A DNA stretch of 64,000 nucleotides from an uncultured Bacteroidaceae bacterium (lineage in GTDB: Bacteria > Bacillota > Clostridia > Christensenellales > CAG-917), in contig CAZRHE010000008.1 of NCBI GenBank assembly GCA_964599875.1, positions 9,781 to 73,780 on the forward strand, in the 5' to 3' direction. Each line of letters begins with the position of its first letter. Within the stretch, counting starts at the first letter, position 1. The translations under genes and the position numbers were made by a program. The notes under the pieces were generated by a model. It made no database searches. It was not told the origin of the DNA and worked only from the letters and a program-made list of their open reading frames with translations. Shown in pieces: positions 35,757 through 44,123 of the stretch.

Positions 35757-38171
35757 TTATGCAATCGTTCCGTCGGTACAATATACGATATATCCACCGG
35801 AATCCGTGTCACTACCGCATCCCGAATCCCAGTTTTCACCTTTTACAATTGCTCTCCATTGCGCTTTTGTGCCTTCAAAATGAATTTCAGAAAGATAACT
35901 ACATGCCAATGCATATTCGCCTATGCTCGTTACACTGTCTGGAATCGTTATGCTTGTTACGTTAAAATATTGCAAAGCCATATGATTGATTTCAGTTATC
36001 CCGTCAGGCAAAGTCAATCTTTCATCTAAAAGATTATAATCGACACCAATAAAAATCTTATCTTTGCCGTCGGTATAAATGATATATCCGTTTGCATCCG
36101 TTGAAACCTTACTCGTATATGGTGCAGTATACACAGCTTTTGCATACAATCCTACAAATCCGTTATCCCCACTGCCTGCCGTGATTGCCAAAGAAGATTT
36201 ATCGTAGACCTCTACAAGTCTATTACACTCAAAGAAAGCAAATTCACCTATTTCCGTCGCACCTTTGCCAATCGTTACGTTGGTAAGGCTCAAACAGAAG
36301 TAAAAAGCATAATCATCAATGCTCGTCACGTTATCGGGAATAGTTACGCTTTTGAGATTAACACAATAAATGAATGCACCCGCGCCTATTTCCGTCACTC
36401 CGTCACCTATCGTAACGTTTGATAGATTTGCGCAAGTACTAAACGCAAAATTACCTATTCTTGTCACACTGTCGGGAATATTAACGCTTGTTAGGTCCGC
36501 ACAGCCGCAAAATGCATAATCCGGAATTTCCGTCACTCCGTCGGGGATAGACAAATGGCCTTCTACTTTATTTCCTCCAACATGTAGCGTAATTGAATTT
36601 GACACGTATATTCCGTTTCTTGAAATAGCCGTGACGTTTTCGAGTCCACTTATTCCACACCATCCTGCGACGTCGCCCGTATAATAGATATCCGTGAGAT
36701 TTGAACAACCATCAAAGGCTCTCTCCTCTATGCACGTTACGCCTTTGCCTATCGTCACACTTGTGAGCCCAGTGCAATCCATGAACGCCCCAAGTGCTAT
36801 AACCGTTACACTATCGGGAATTTCTACGCTTTCCAACCACGAACAGTTATTAAAAGCACCATTATCTATTCTTGCAACTCCGTCAGGTACCTTTACGTTA
36901 CTGCTCGAGCCATTATATTGATAAATAGTTATACTGCCGTCTTTTTCGACGTAAGCTCTAAATTCTGTATTAAGCGATTGTTCTTTGAACGAAATTTTAC
37001 ACGATACTTCAACGTCACGAGCAGGCATACGAGTGTTTTCGTCCACCAAAACTCCCTCTAAATAATACTTGTAGTCATACAAATCGTTTGAAGATTTCTC
37101 CAATCTGTCAAACAGTTTTTCACCCTCCGCAAGATAAAGTTCATAACTGGTGTTGCCGTGAACTGAAACCCTATATTCTTGTCCATTCCACCAATTTGCA
37201 TAGTAAGTTGCGTCTTCCCAAAGTCTTACTTCCTTGTCATAACGTTTGGAATCGCGATTTAGGTATCCGAAAGGCTCGTCGTACCAACCTTGAAAAACGT
37301 AGCCCTCTCTCGCCGTTTTCGGTGCCTCTCCGCCAATTTGTCCCAACGTCACGTTCATCTGTGAACAAGCGGTTCCGCCGTTTGAGTCGAAAGTTATAGC
37401 TACCGTCTTCTTTGACTTCGGATTGTATTTCGTCACTTGGACGCGCTTAAACAAGGACGTGTCGTCCTTTTCGTCGCCTATGAATATTTCCTTATTGCTC
37501 TTTTTGGAAAAATAATATTCGTCCGTCTGCTTGCCGAAAAAGTCGTCTTTGTAGGACAGATATATTTTGCCGTCTTTCGTCTTCCAAGTGCCCTCGGTGA
37601 CGTACTCTATCCCGTCTAAATCGCCGTAATAAGTGTAATGCGTCGCAGTGAAACTGATAAACTCATTGGGATTGTCTACGTTGTAGTACACGCCGCGCAC
37701 GCCTATGAAGCAAACCATAAGCGTTATTGCGGTTATTAGAACGAGCACGCAGGGTAAACAAACTTTAAGTCCCCACTTTTTGAGCCATTGCCCCACTTTG
37801 GACTCCGCAAATTTCGTGAAAGCCTGCTTTATATCCGCTCCGCCGCGGTTATTGCCCGCCGCTTGCTTTTTCTCCATTTCGGCGATACGCGCTTTCAACG
37901 CCTCGATTTCGTCGTTTTTGTCGTTCGTCGCAGGCTTTTGAACGGGAGCCTCTTCCAGTTTAACGTTCAAAAATTCGTCTTCCTCGTTTTTCACGGGAGC
38001 AACCACGGGCGCAACCGCTCTGTTTACGGGCGGAGAGCCTACGTGCGGTGGCGTTCCGTTCTTTATAGGCGCCGTATCCGAAGTCTTTCTTCTAAAAACC
38101 GCTTTGCAATTCTCGCAAACGAATTGGCTTTCGTATGCTACAAGGTTTCCGCCACATTTCGGGCATTTCAT
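35757..38171 (-). CDS. Zinc-ribbon / TM-anchored surface protein with a Listeria-Bacteroides repeat and BspA-type leucine-rich repeats
   Basis: 804 aa. It starts with MKCPKCGG...CENCK (zinc ribbon), then a TM helix (LKVCLPCVLVLITAITLMVCFIGV). Next come ITFDSNGGTAC...REGYVFQGWYDEP (Flg_new-type repeat) and ~12 repeats of IPDSVT.IG..AF..C..L..V.I (LRR_5/BspA). RBS AGGAGGGG is present. Confidence 0.8.
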   Translation of the reverse strand: MKCPKCGGNLVAYESQFVCENCKAVFRRKTSDTAPIKNGTPPHVGSPPVNRAVAPVVAPVKNEEDEFLNVKLEEAPVQKPATNDKNDEIEALKARIAEMEKKQAAGNNRGGADIKQAFTKFAESKVGQWLKKWGLKVCLPCVLVLITAITLMVCFIGVRGVYYNVDNPNEFISFTATHYTYYGDLDGIEYVTEGTWKTKDGKIYLSYKDDFFGKQTDEYYFSKKSNKEIFIGDEKDDTSLFKRVQVTKYNPKSKKTVAITFDSNGGTACSQMNVTLGQIGGEAPKTAREGYVFQGWYDEPFGYLNRDSKRYDKEVRLWEDATYYANWWNGQEYRVSVHGNTSYELYLAEGEKLFDRLEKSSNDLYDYKYYLEGVLVDENTRMPARDVEVSCKISFKEQSLNTEFRAYVEKDGSITIYQYNGSSSNVKVPDGVARIDNGAFNNCSWLESVEIPDSVTVIALGAFMDCTGLTSVTIGKGVTCIEERAFDGCSNLTDIYYTGDVAGWCGISGLENVTAISRNGIYVSNSITLHVGGNKVEGHLSIPDGVTEIPDYAFCGCADLTSVNIPDSVTRIGNFAFSTCANLSNVTIGDGVTEIGAGAFIYCVNLKSVTIPDNVTSIDDYAFYFCLSLTNVTIGKGATEIGEFAFFECNRLVEVYDKSSLAITAGSGDNGFVGLYAKAVYTAPYTSKVSTDANGYIIYTDGKDKIFIGVDYNLLDERLTLPDGITEINHMALQYFNVTSITIPDSVTSIGEYALACSYLSEIHFEGTKAQWRAIVKGENWDSGCGSDTDSGGYIVYCTDGTIA

Positions 38172-38332
38172 AATTTTCCCCTCCTAAAAAACGTAGAGCG
38201 CAGAGTTTTAACAATCCAGAGCAATATCCTCTCGTTTTGCAATCGAAAAAACCGATAGCAGTTGGAGATTTTTGCCTCTTGATTTTGTCTTTACTCTCCG
38301 TTTATTCGATGAACAAATTGCATAGCAAAACG

Positions 38333-38490
38333 TGCATCGATTATAGTATTCGATGCACAAAATACGTGATTTTGTTCATAAATCAACCTGCACGATGCAC
38401 AAAATGGCGCGAAAAAATCGATTTGTATTGACAATAAATATTTATTAACTTAAAATAAATGCATCGAATACTATATTAGGTGCACAAAAT
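38333..38490. promoter_or_regulatory. Cluster of repeated boxes and a palindrome in the 430-bp intergenic region
   Basis: The palindrome TGCATCGA-n9-TCGATGCA (38333-38357) has a spacer reading TATAGT on plus and TATAAT on minus. There are three direct copies of (A/G)TGCACAAAAT at 38353-38363, 38395-38405 and 38480-38490. A 17-nt inverted copy of TGCATCGAATACTATA lies at 38460-38476. Confidence 0.35.
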
Positions 38491-38515
38491 TACACGGCGG
38501 TTTGCCGTGTTTTTT
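38463..38515 (+). ncRNA. Candidate ~50-nt orphan transcript (promoter + terminator, no ORF)
   Basis: TTGACA (38428-38433), a 17-nt spacer and TAAAAT (38451-38456) precede it. Downstream is the hairpin acacggc/gccgtgt (38492-38510) and T6 (38510-38515). No plus-strand gene follows. Confidence 0.2.
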
Positions 38516-38555
38516 ATTGTCAATAGCCATCATTTTTCACTTTTACTTCTTACTT

Positions 38556-38585
38556 AAAAACACAGCCCGCATAGGCTGTGTTTTT
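38556..38585 (-). terminator. Intrinsic terminator of the 38604-39257 gene (bidirectional hairpin)
   Basis: aaaaacacagcc / cgcata / ggctgtgttttt forms a 12-bp stem including A/T-run pairing. Confidence 0.6.
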
Positions 38586-38603
38586 GTGATTTTGTCGATT
38601 CTT

Positions 38604-39257
38604 TTACTCACGTTCTTTTTCTTCTGCGGTTTCTTGTTTCTTTTCAGGGTGCGAATCGGCGGTTTCCGTACTGTAAATCTTGGATAGCACTTTTCCGCGG
38701 AATTTGTCGTTTTTGCTCTTGCCGTTGACGAATGTGACCGCCTGCACGACCATGTTTTTGCCCCTATGCTTCATAACCGCTTTCATCACGATTAGCGCGA
38801 TTTGCACCGCAAGTTGCACGACGGTTATGATGAGATATACGACCACTATCGCGATTTGTTTCGCCTCTTCAAGTCCGCCGTTTTTCGCAATACCCGCCAT
38901 CGACACAATCGTTATGACGAGGAATAAGATTCCTACAAGGTATTTGAATATCTTAATACTCTTTTTATATATACCGAGAGCCTTCTTCCCGCCTTTTGCG
39001 TCCTTGTTGTCGATTGCGATGCCGATGATGACGACGAATGCCACCACCCAGGCGACGAGCAATATAACAAGTGCAATGCTGAATTCGGACGGCACCCATT
39101 TGCGAGATATGAAATATATCACCATGACTATGGTGTATATGACGCTTATTATAGACCATACGAAAGAGAAAGTTTCCGTCGCCTTATGCGACTTATACAC
39201 TTTCGTGACTTCGAGTGCGTCGTCTGCGGTTGTCTTATCTCGTTTTTTCATACTCAA
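38604..39257 (-). CDS. Four-TM membrane protein with a basic/acidic C-terminal tail, unknown function
   Basis: 217 aa with 4 hydrophobic helices. Its start overlaps the end of the upstream acyltransferase gene by 23 nt. Confidence 0.55.
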   Translation of the reverse strand: MSMKKRDKTTADDALEVTKVYKSHKATETFSFVWSIISVIYTIVMVIYFISRKWVPSEFSIALVILLVAWVVAFVVIIGIAIDNKDAKGGKKALGIYKKSIKIFKYLVGILFLVITIVSMAGIAKNGGLEEAKQIAIVVVYLIITVVQLAVQIALIVMKAVMKHRGKNMVVQAVTFVNGKSKNDKFRGKVLSKIYSTETADSHPEKKQETAEEKERE

Positions 39258-40527
39258 TCAACTCGTCGATATTTCTTTCAAGCATATCGAAAAACTTGTT
39301 TATTACAATATCGTCGTCCGCGTTTCCGCATATCGCTATCGAAAACGTGACCGCGTTTTCAAACGTAATCAAGGCAAGTTGCATATAAGGCTTGCTCTTT
39401 ATCGCACCAGTATACCAGCCGTCGTAAGGGAGCGCGTCCCCCATGCGGTATTGTTCGGGTATTATCGAGCCTATGTTGCTCATGCCTATATACGGATTCG
39501 TGTAGCCGATTTTTATAGCCGCCTCGCTCATGAAATGAGGCAATATCGTATATGCGAGGTTAAGAAGGGGTATGCCGTAAAGCCCCAAAAACTTATCAGA
39601 CTTATTCCCTTTCATCGCCTCCGCAACTCTTTCAAGGGTTTCTTCGACGTTTCCGCCCACGCCGTGCAGAGTGCAGGACATAAATCCCGTATGATTGGTG
39701 AGCCCGGTTTCCGCTCCGCCTTCCTTCAAATGCCGACGAAGGTCAACCATACTTTGTACGGTGAGGTCGTCATTTTCGCCGAGTCCGATGATTTCAAACA
39801 GCGCGCGGAAATAGACCGCAAGCATGACGTCGTTGAGGGTGTATCCCATCCGCTTTCCCGCAAGTCTTAACGCACCGAATTTCTCCCCGTTCAACTTTCG
39901 CCTTACGACGCGATTGACGTCTTCTTTTCTCGGCTCGGTAAGCGGGAAAAGATGTTTGCATTTCACTGCGCTTACGTTCTTGTATAGCCCTCTCGCGACC
40001 TTTTCGTCCTCTTCGTTCATAGACGAATATATCATGCTATAATCGCGAGAACCGTGTTTTATCTGCATGTTTTGGTTGCCTAAAGTCAGTTTTGTGTAGT
40101 TTGCGCACAATGTCGTCACAAAATATTTAAAGTCCCCGCCGTCGAAACACATGTGGTTGGACACCATAATAAAAGCCGTCTTATCTCCGTGATAAAACAA
40201 CGCGATTTGCACTTGCACGTTTTTGTCTATGGGGATTCTTTGGGTGACGAATTCGTCCACTTCCTCATCCAAATCATCAACCTCTTTTGCGGTAATCACG
40301 TCCCATACGTCGTAATCCTCGACCGTCCAATAAGGCTTTATCGGGTCGTTGTGGTACGTGCTGTGCAATACGGGCACGTTGTCCATTTGAAAGCGCAAGG
40401 CCTTTGCAAACAAGTCCTTGTCTATGCGCCCGTCGAAATACAGCACGCAATGCATCATTCTGTCGTAATAGTTGCGGAAGAGATATTGCGTCTTATCCCA
40501 AAGTTCCGCCTTAAGCCTTTCTTTCAT
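39235..40527 (-). CDS. Stand-alone condensation-domain-like HxxxDG acyltransferase (paralogue A)
   Basis: I place the start at ATG 40525-40527 (MKERLKAELWDK...). The track start at 40533 is a GTG. The motif NHMCFDGGD has His at 40153-40155 and Asp at 40141-40143. The late motif IGMSNIG resembles the WS/DGAT-PapA5 C-terminal motif. By eye it is ~50% identical to paralogue B. Confidence 0.7.
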   Translation of the reverse strand: MKERLKAELWDKTQYLFRNYYDRMMHCVLYFDGRIDKDLFAKALRFQMDNVPVLHSTYHNDPIKPYWTVEDYDVWDVITAKEVDDLDEEVDEFVTQRIPIDKNVQVQIALFYHGDKTAFIMVSNHMCFDGGDFKYFVTTLCANYTKLTLGNQNMQIKHGSRDYSMIYSSMNEEDEKVARGLYKNVSAVKCKHLFPLTEPRKEDVNRVVRRKLNGEKFGALRLAGKRMGYTLNDVMLAVYFRALFEIIGLGENDDLTVQSMVDLRRHLKEGGAETGLTNHTGFMSCTLHGVGGNVEETLERVAEAMKGNKSDKFLGLYGIPLLNLAYTILPHFMSEAAIKIGYTNPYIGMSNIGSIIPEQYRMGDALPYDGWYTGAIKSKPYMQLALITFENAVTFSIAICGNADDDIVINKFFDMLERNIDELIEYEKTR

Positions 40528-40658
40528 ATACACTTGATTTCCTTATAAAAATTCTATCACGCCGCTCCCGATATTGCAAACAAAAATCACAATCGCGGAT
40601 AGATAAAGAAACGCGCCCTCGCAAGGGGGACGCGATTCTTTTAATATGGGGGGGGTTA

Positions 40659-41960
40659 TTATTCTGAAATTTTGCTTTCGTTGAGGACGATGAAGTCGTC
40701 GACGTTTTTGAGAAGGATATCGAAAAATTCGTTGACTTTTTCTTCGTCCGCGTCGTTGCCTCTGATTGCGACCGTCATGGTGACTTCGCCGTAAAGCGTC
40801 GTGAGTGCAAGTTGCATGTAGGGTTTATATTTGACCGCACCCGTCATGAAGCCGTCCTCGATATTGCAATCTCCCATTTTGAGCGCTCTGTCGTCGAGAA
40901 GCCCGATATTGCTCATGCCGATAAGCGGATTGAGATAACCGATTTTGATTGCGGTTTCGCTGATGATATAGGGGAAGACCGCGTATGCAAGTTTCAAAAG
41001 GGGTAGGCTGTACAGTCCCATATACGGGTCTTTTTTGGACTTGCGCACCGAGCGGAGCACTTCGACGAGGGTATCGTTTATGGTTTCGCCTTTTTTGTCG
41101 GTGGAGCATTGCATGAATCCCGTATGATTGGTAAGTCCCGTTTCAGCACCGCCCTCGACTATATGACGACGAAGGTCGACCATACAAGGAATGGTGAGTT
41201 TTTCATCGTCCGCAAACATTCCGATTTCATAGAGGGAGCGAATGTAGAACGCAAGCATCATATCGTTGACGGTGACGTCGAGAGCCTTGCCGATTTTTCT
41301 GACTTTGGCAAACTTATCTCTCGTTATCTTGCGACGCACGATTCTCGTCACGTCCTCGTCGGAGGGCTTGGAGAGCGGGAAGTAATGCTCGTCCTTGACT
41401 TGGCTTATGTTCTTGTACAACTTCTTTGCGGTTTCGAGTTCTTCGCCGGAGAGTTTGGAATAAACCGCGTCGTAACTGCGACTGCCCGTTTTTATGGATA
41501 AACTTCTATCCCCTGCAAGCATCTTATTGTAGTTTTCGGCAAGTTTCTTCATGAAGTATTTGAGGTCGCCGCCGTCGCAACACATATGGTTGATTATGAT
41601 TGCGATTGCGTCCTTGCCGTCGTGGTGGAAGACCGCGAAACGAAGTTGCACGTTGCTGTCGACGGGAATACTTTGGCAGATGAACGCGTTTATATCTTTC
41701 TCGACGTCCTCGCTATCCTTTTCAAGATAGAAATCCGAAAGGACGTAGTCCTCGACGGTCCAGTAAGGTTCAACTGCGTTGCCGTGAAACGCGCTGTGCA
41801 AAACGGGTTCTTTTTCAAGCGTCCAGATAAGGACTTGTTTCAATATCGAAACGTTCAACTTGCCGTCGTAATATTGCACGCAGTGCACCATTCTGTCGTA
41901 GTAATTGCGGAATAGATATTGCATCTTATCCCAAAGTTCCGCTTTCAATATTTTTTCCAT
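40659..41960 (-). CDS. Stand-alone condensation-domain-like HxxxDG acyltransferase (paralogue B)
   Basis: 433 aa. It starts MEKILKAELWDKMQYLFRNYYDRMVHCV. The motif NHMCCDGGD has His at 41586-41588 and Asp at 41574-41576. It shares GGAETGLTNHTGFM and KPYMQLAL blocks with paralogue A. Confidence 0.7.
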   Translation of the reverse strand: MEKILKAELWDKMQYLFRNYYDRMVHCVQYYDGKLNVSILKQVLIWTLEKEPVLHSAFHGNAVEPYWTVEDYVLSDFYLEKDSEDVEKDINAFICQSIPVDSNVQLRFAVFHHDGKDAIAIIINHMCCDGGDLKYFMKKLAENYNKMLAGDRSLSIKTGSRSYDAVYSKLSGEELETAKKLYKNISQVKDEHYFPLSKPSDEDVTRIVRRKITRDKFAKVRKIGKALDVTVNDMMLAFYIRSLYEIGMFADDEKLTIPCMVDLRRHIVEGGAETGLTNHTGFMQCSTDKKGETINDTLVEVLRSVRKSKKDPYMGLYSLPLLKLAYAVFPYIISETAIKIGYLNPLIGMSNIGLLDDRALKMGDCNIEDGFMTGAVKYKPYMQLALTTLYGEVTMTVAIRGNDADEEKVNEFFDILLKNVDDFIVLNESKISE

Positions 41961-42022
41961 AACACACCTTTATCGCTACGATTTGCGTTTGTAAACCGTC
42001 GTTTACGTCGATTTTCTATTGA

Positions 42023-42868
42023 TTAGTCTTTCCAAGTCGTGTAGTAGGATTCGTCCTCTTTCACGTGCTTTTTGTTGATTTTTTCGTTTTCTTTTTCTTC
42101 GTTCTTCTTGTTGCGGATTGCGACGAACGCGATGAGTTCGCCGATTGCAAACAACACGCCGACGAGGCAAAGGAGCCAAGTGGGATGCCATGCGTGCGTA
42201 ACTATTCCGAGAATGACGTAGAGCATCACGAAGAAGATTTCGACGAAGATAGGAAGTTCGATGAATTTGAATTTATTCATGGTCACGAACGCTATCGCGG
42301 TGTCCACTCCGAAGAGAAGCGCAACCATTGCAAGGAAGGTCATCCAAGAGCCGGCAAGTCCTACGACGAGTTGCAGAACGAGATACACGAACACGGCGAC
42401 TAAAACTTCGGTCACCGCCGCCATGGCGCGAAGGATTATATATTTTTTGTTTTTGACGAGTTTGGGAACGACGAAGCCCATTGCGGTGATTATGCCTGCG
42501 AATACGCCGCCGACCATGATGAGCCAAGTGGGATGCCATACGTTCGCCGCAAAACCTACGATGAGATAAGTGAGGGTAAGCACTGCCGCAACCGCAACCG
42601 CGATGACTGCGCCGAGGCTGACTTTTCTCTTGACGGAATCCGTCTTGACTTCTCTTTCGTCGAATTCTTTAAGGGTCGCTTGGAAGTCGCCGAGTTCGTC
42701 TATGCAAGTGAGATAAACGAGTTCTTCGTCGTCAATGCCCTTTATTTTGAGTTCTTGCGCTCTGTCCATAAGGTTTTGCAAGGTTTCTTCTCTAAATTGC
42801 ATTGCCGCATAAGTCGGGCGGATGCTTCTGAATTGTTCTTCAAGATACTTTTTGAATTTCTCTTTCAT
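42023..42868 (-). CDS. 'Permease prefix domain 1'/DUF1700-like N-terminal domain fused to a multi-TM region
   Basis: 281 aa. The N-terminus KKYLEEQF...FREETLQNLMDRAQELKIKGIDDEELVYLTCIDELGDFQATLKEF matches the helical prefix domain. The TM region holds an internal repeat (NVWHPTWLIMVGGVFAGI / HAWHPTWLLCLVGVLFAI). Confidence 0.6.
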   Translation of the reverse strand: MKEKFKKYLEEQFRSIRPTYAAMQFREETLQNLMDRAQELKIKGIDDEELVYLTCIDELGDFQATLKEFDEREVKTDSVKRKVSLGAVIAVAVAAVLTLTYLIVGFAANVWHPTWLIMVGGVFAGIITAMGFVVPKLVKNKKYIILRAMAAVTEVLVAVFVYLVLQLVVGLAGSWMTFLAMVALLFGVDTAIAFVTMNKFKFIELPIFVEIFFVMLYVILGIVTHAWHPTWLLCLVGVLFAIGELIAFVAIRNKKNEEKENEKINKKHVKEDESYYTTWKD

Positions 42869-43018
42869 GGTTTTTCATTCCTTTTCGTTGATTTCACTCT
42901 AAAAACGAATAAAGCGGATTTCGGTTACACAATTTTTCAAACTTTTTTCATAGAATGTGTTGGAAAGCGTTTTCACCCTCCTTCAGACCACCGCCGTACA
43001 TATAAAAGGAGGAATGAT

Positions 43019-43720
43019 ATGAGTTGCAATTTCTTTAATTTCAGACCCAATTGTGCTTGCACGAATAATTGCCCGTATAGGCTGATTCCCGGTCCGAGAG
43101 GTCCTATGGGGCCCGCAGGGCCTATGGGAGCGCAAGGCGCGACCGGAGCGACGGGAGCGACGGGAGCAACGGGAGCAACGGGTGCGGCGGCAGGATTCGG
43201 CACTCCGACCGCAACCGCGACCGCATTGTCCGCAGGCTCTACTCCCACCGTCAGCGTAACCGCAAGCGGTCCAGATACTGCGAAGGTGTTTTCATTCGAA
43301 TTCGGAATCCCCGCCGCCGCGACTACTTTCGACGCATTATATGCAAACGGGAACAGTCAGACGGTTGCCGCGGGCGGAATTATCCCCTTGACTCTTTCTG
43401 CCGCCACCGACGGCACTACTATGACGGTTTCTGACAACGCTATTACCCTTGCGGACGCGGGAATCTACGCGATAAGTTTCGGTGCGACGGGGACTTTAAG
43501 CAACACTACGGCGGGAAATTTCTCTATCCGTCTTTACTCTAACGGCACAGGGCTCGACGACGAAATAATTTCAAACGACAGCACGTCCACCGCGACTGCG
43601 AACGTGTCGAAAACCATACTGTTCAGCGCAACTGCGGGCAACACGATTTCGATATATAGCGCGTCTGCGGACGAGATTACGATTGCTTCCGCATATATCA
43701 CCGTCGTCAAGTTGTTCTGA
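43019..43720 (+). CDS. Collagen-like (GXY) repeat protein with a BclA-type C1q/TNF-like C-terminal domain
   Basis: Start ATG 43019 follows AAAGGAGG. The upstream 162 codons of track ORF 42533-43720 are antisense to the neighbouring gene. The order is a Cys-rich N-terminus MSCNFFNFRPNCACTNNCPY, 11 GXY triplets, then a ~175-aa beta-rich domain (...AGIYAISFGATGTL...IRLYSNGTGL...ISIYSASADEITIASAYITVVKLF) like BclA_C. Confidence 0.7.
   Translation: MSCNFFNFRPNCACTNNCPYRLIPGPRGPMGPAGPMGAQGATGATGATGATGATGAAAGFGTPTATATALSAGSTPTVSVTASGPDTAKVFSFEFGIPAAATTFDALYANGNSQTVAAGGIIPLTLSAATDGTTMTVSDNAITLADAGIYAISFGATGTLSNTTAGNFSIRLYSNGTGLDDEIISNDSTSTATANVSKTILFSATAGNTISIYSASADEITIASAYITVVKLF
43091..43189 (+). 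repeat. GXY collagen triplets with a 9-bp tandem DNA repeat
   Basis: The triplets are GPR GPM GPA GPM GAQ GAT GAT GAT GAT GAT GAA. The (GGAGCRACG)n tandem unit spans 43141-43180. Confidence 0.85.
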
Positions 43721-43744
43721 CCGCTCTAAACCGCAAATATGATA

Positions 43745-43773
43745 AAGGGAACGCATTACGTCTGCGTTCCCTT
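43745..43773. terminator. 10-bp hairpin between the convergent collagen-like and PepSY-like genes
   Basis: aagggaacgc / 9-nt loop / gcgttccctt, followed by GATTTCGTCTT on the plus strand. Confidence 0.5.
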
Positions 43774-43802
43774 GATTTCGTCTTATCGCCACCTAATATG
43801 CT

Positions 43803-44123
43803 TTATGCCATTTCTACGTCGACGATTTTAATTTCTCCCGTACGCGAATCGATTTCTATTTCGATTTCGTATCCGCCGGGTTGTTTCACCTCTATTTCGT
43901 ACTTATAGTACGAATGAGCAAGATTGCTCGTATATTCGAGTTCCTTTTCAAAGTCGGTTACTATGACCTTGTCAAGACCGCTTGCCGTGTAGAAATTGTT
44001 TCTGTAATAATTAATCGCAAGTTCCTTTGCTTGCGCCTCGCCGTAGTTAACGCCCTTTTTTGCAGAGCCGACCGCGGTGCCGAATACGCCGTTTGTGCTA
44101 TCTTTATTTAATAATCCACCCAT
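43803..44123 (-). CDS. Small PepSY-like protein
   Basis: 106 aa. The C-terminal YKYEIEVKQPGGYEIEIEIDSRTGEIKIVDVE resembles the PepSY beta-hairpin motif. Its start overlaps the upstream gene by 16 nt. Confidence 0.4.
   Translation of the reverse strand: MGGLLNKDSTNGVFGTAVGSAKKGVNYGEAQAKELAINYYRNNFYTASGLDKVIVTDFEKELEYTSNLAHSYYKYEIEVKQPGGYEIEIEIDSRTGEIKIVDVEMA

Noticed and set aside
38502-38687. A 61-aa very hydrophobic plus-strand ORF (MPCFLLSIAIIFHFYFLL...) as a type I toxin
   Set aside because: It starts at a TTG inside the terminator stem, has no RBS, and runs antisense into the Lys/Glu-rich tail of the 38604-39257 gene. That explains the Phe/Leu-rich translation.
42533-43018. A 162-codon N-terminal extension of the collagen-like ORF
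   Set aside because: This part is antisense to the 42023-42868 gene and to the intergenic DNA. A strong RBS (AAAGGAGG) and ATG at 43019 begin the recognisable protein.
43141-43180. A short tandem repeat considered as a CRISPR-like or non-coding satellite
   Set aside because: It has a 9-bp unit, is in frame and encodes GAT collagen triplets. There are no spacers, and no repeat-spacer architecture exists anywhere in the window.
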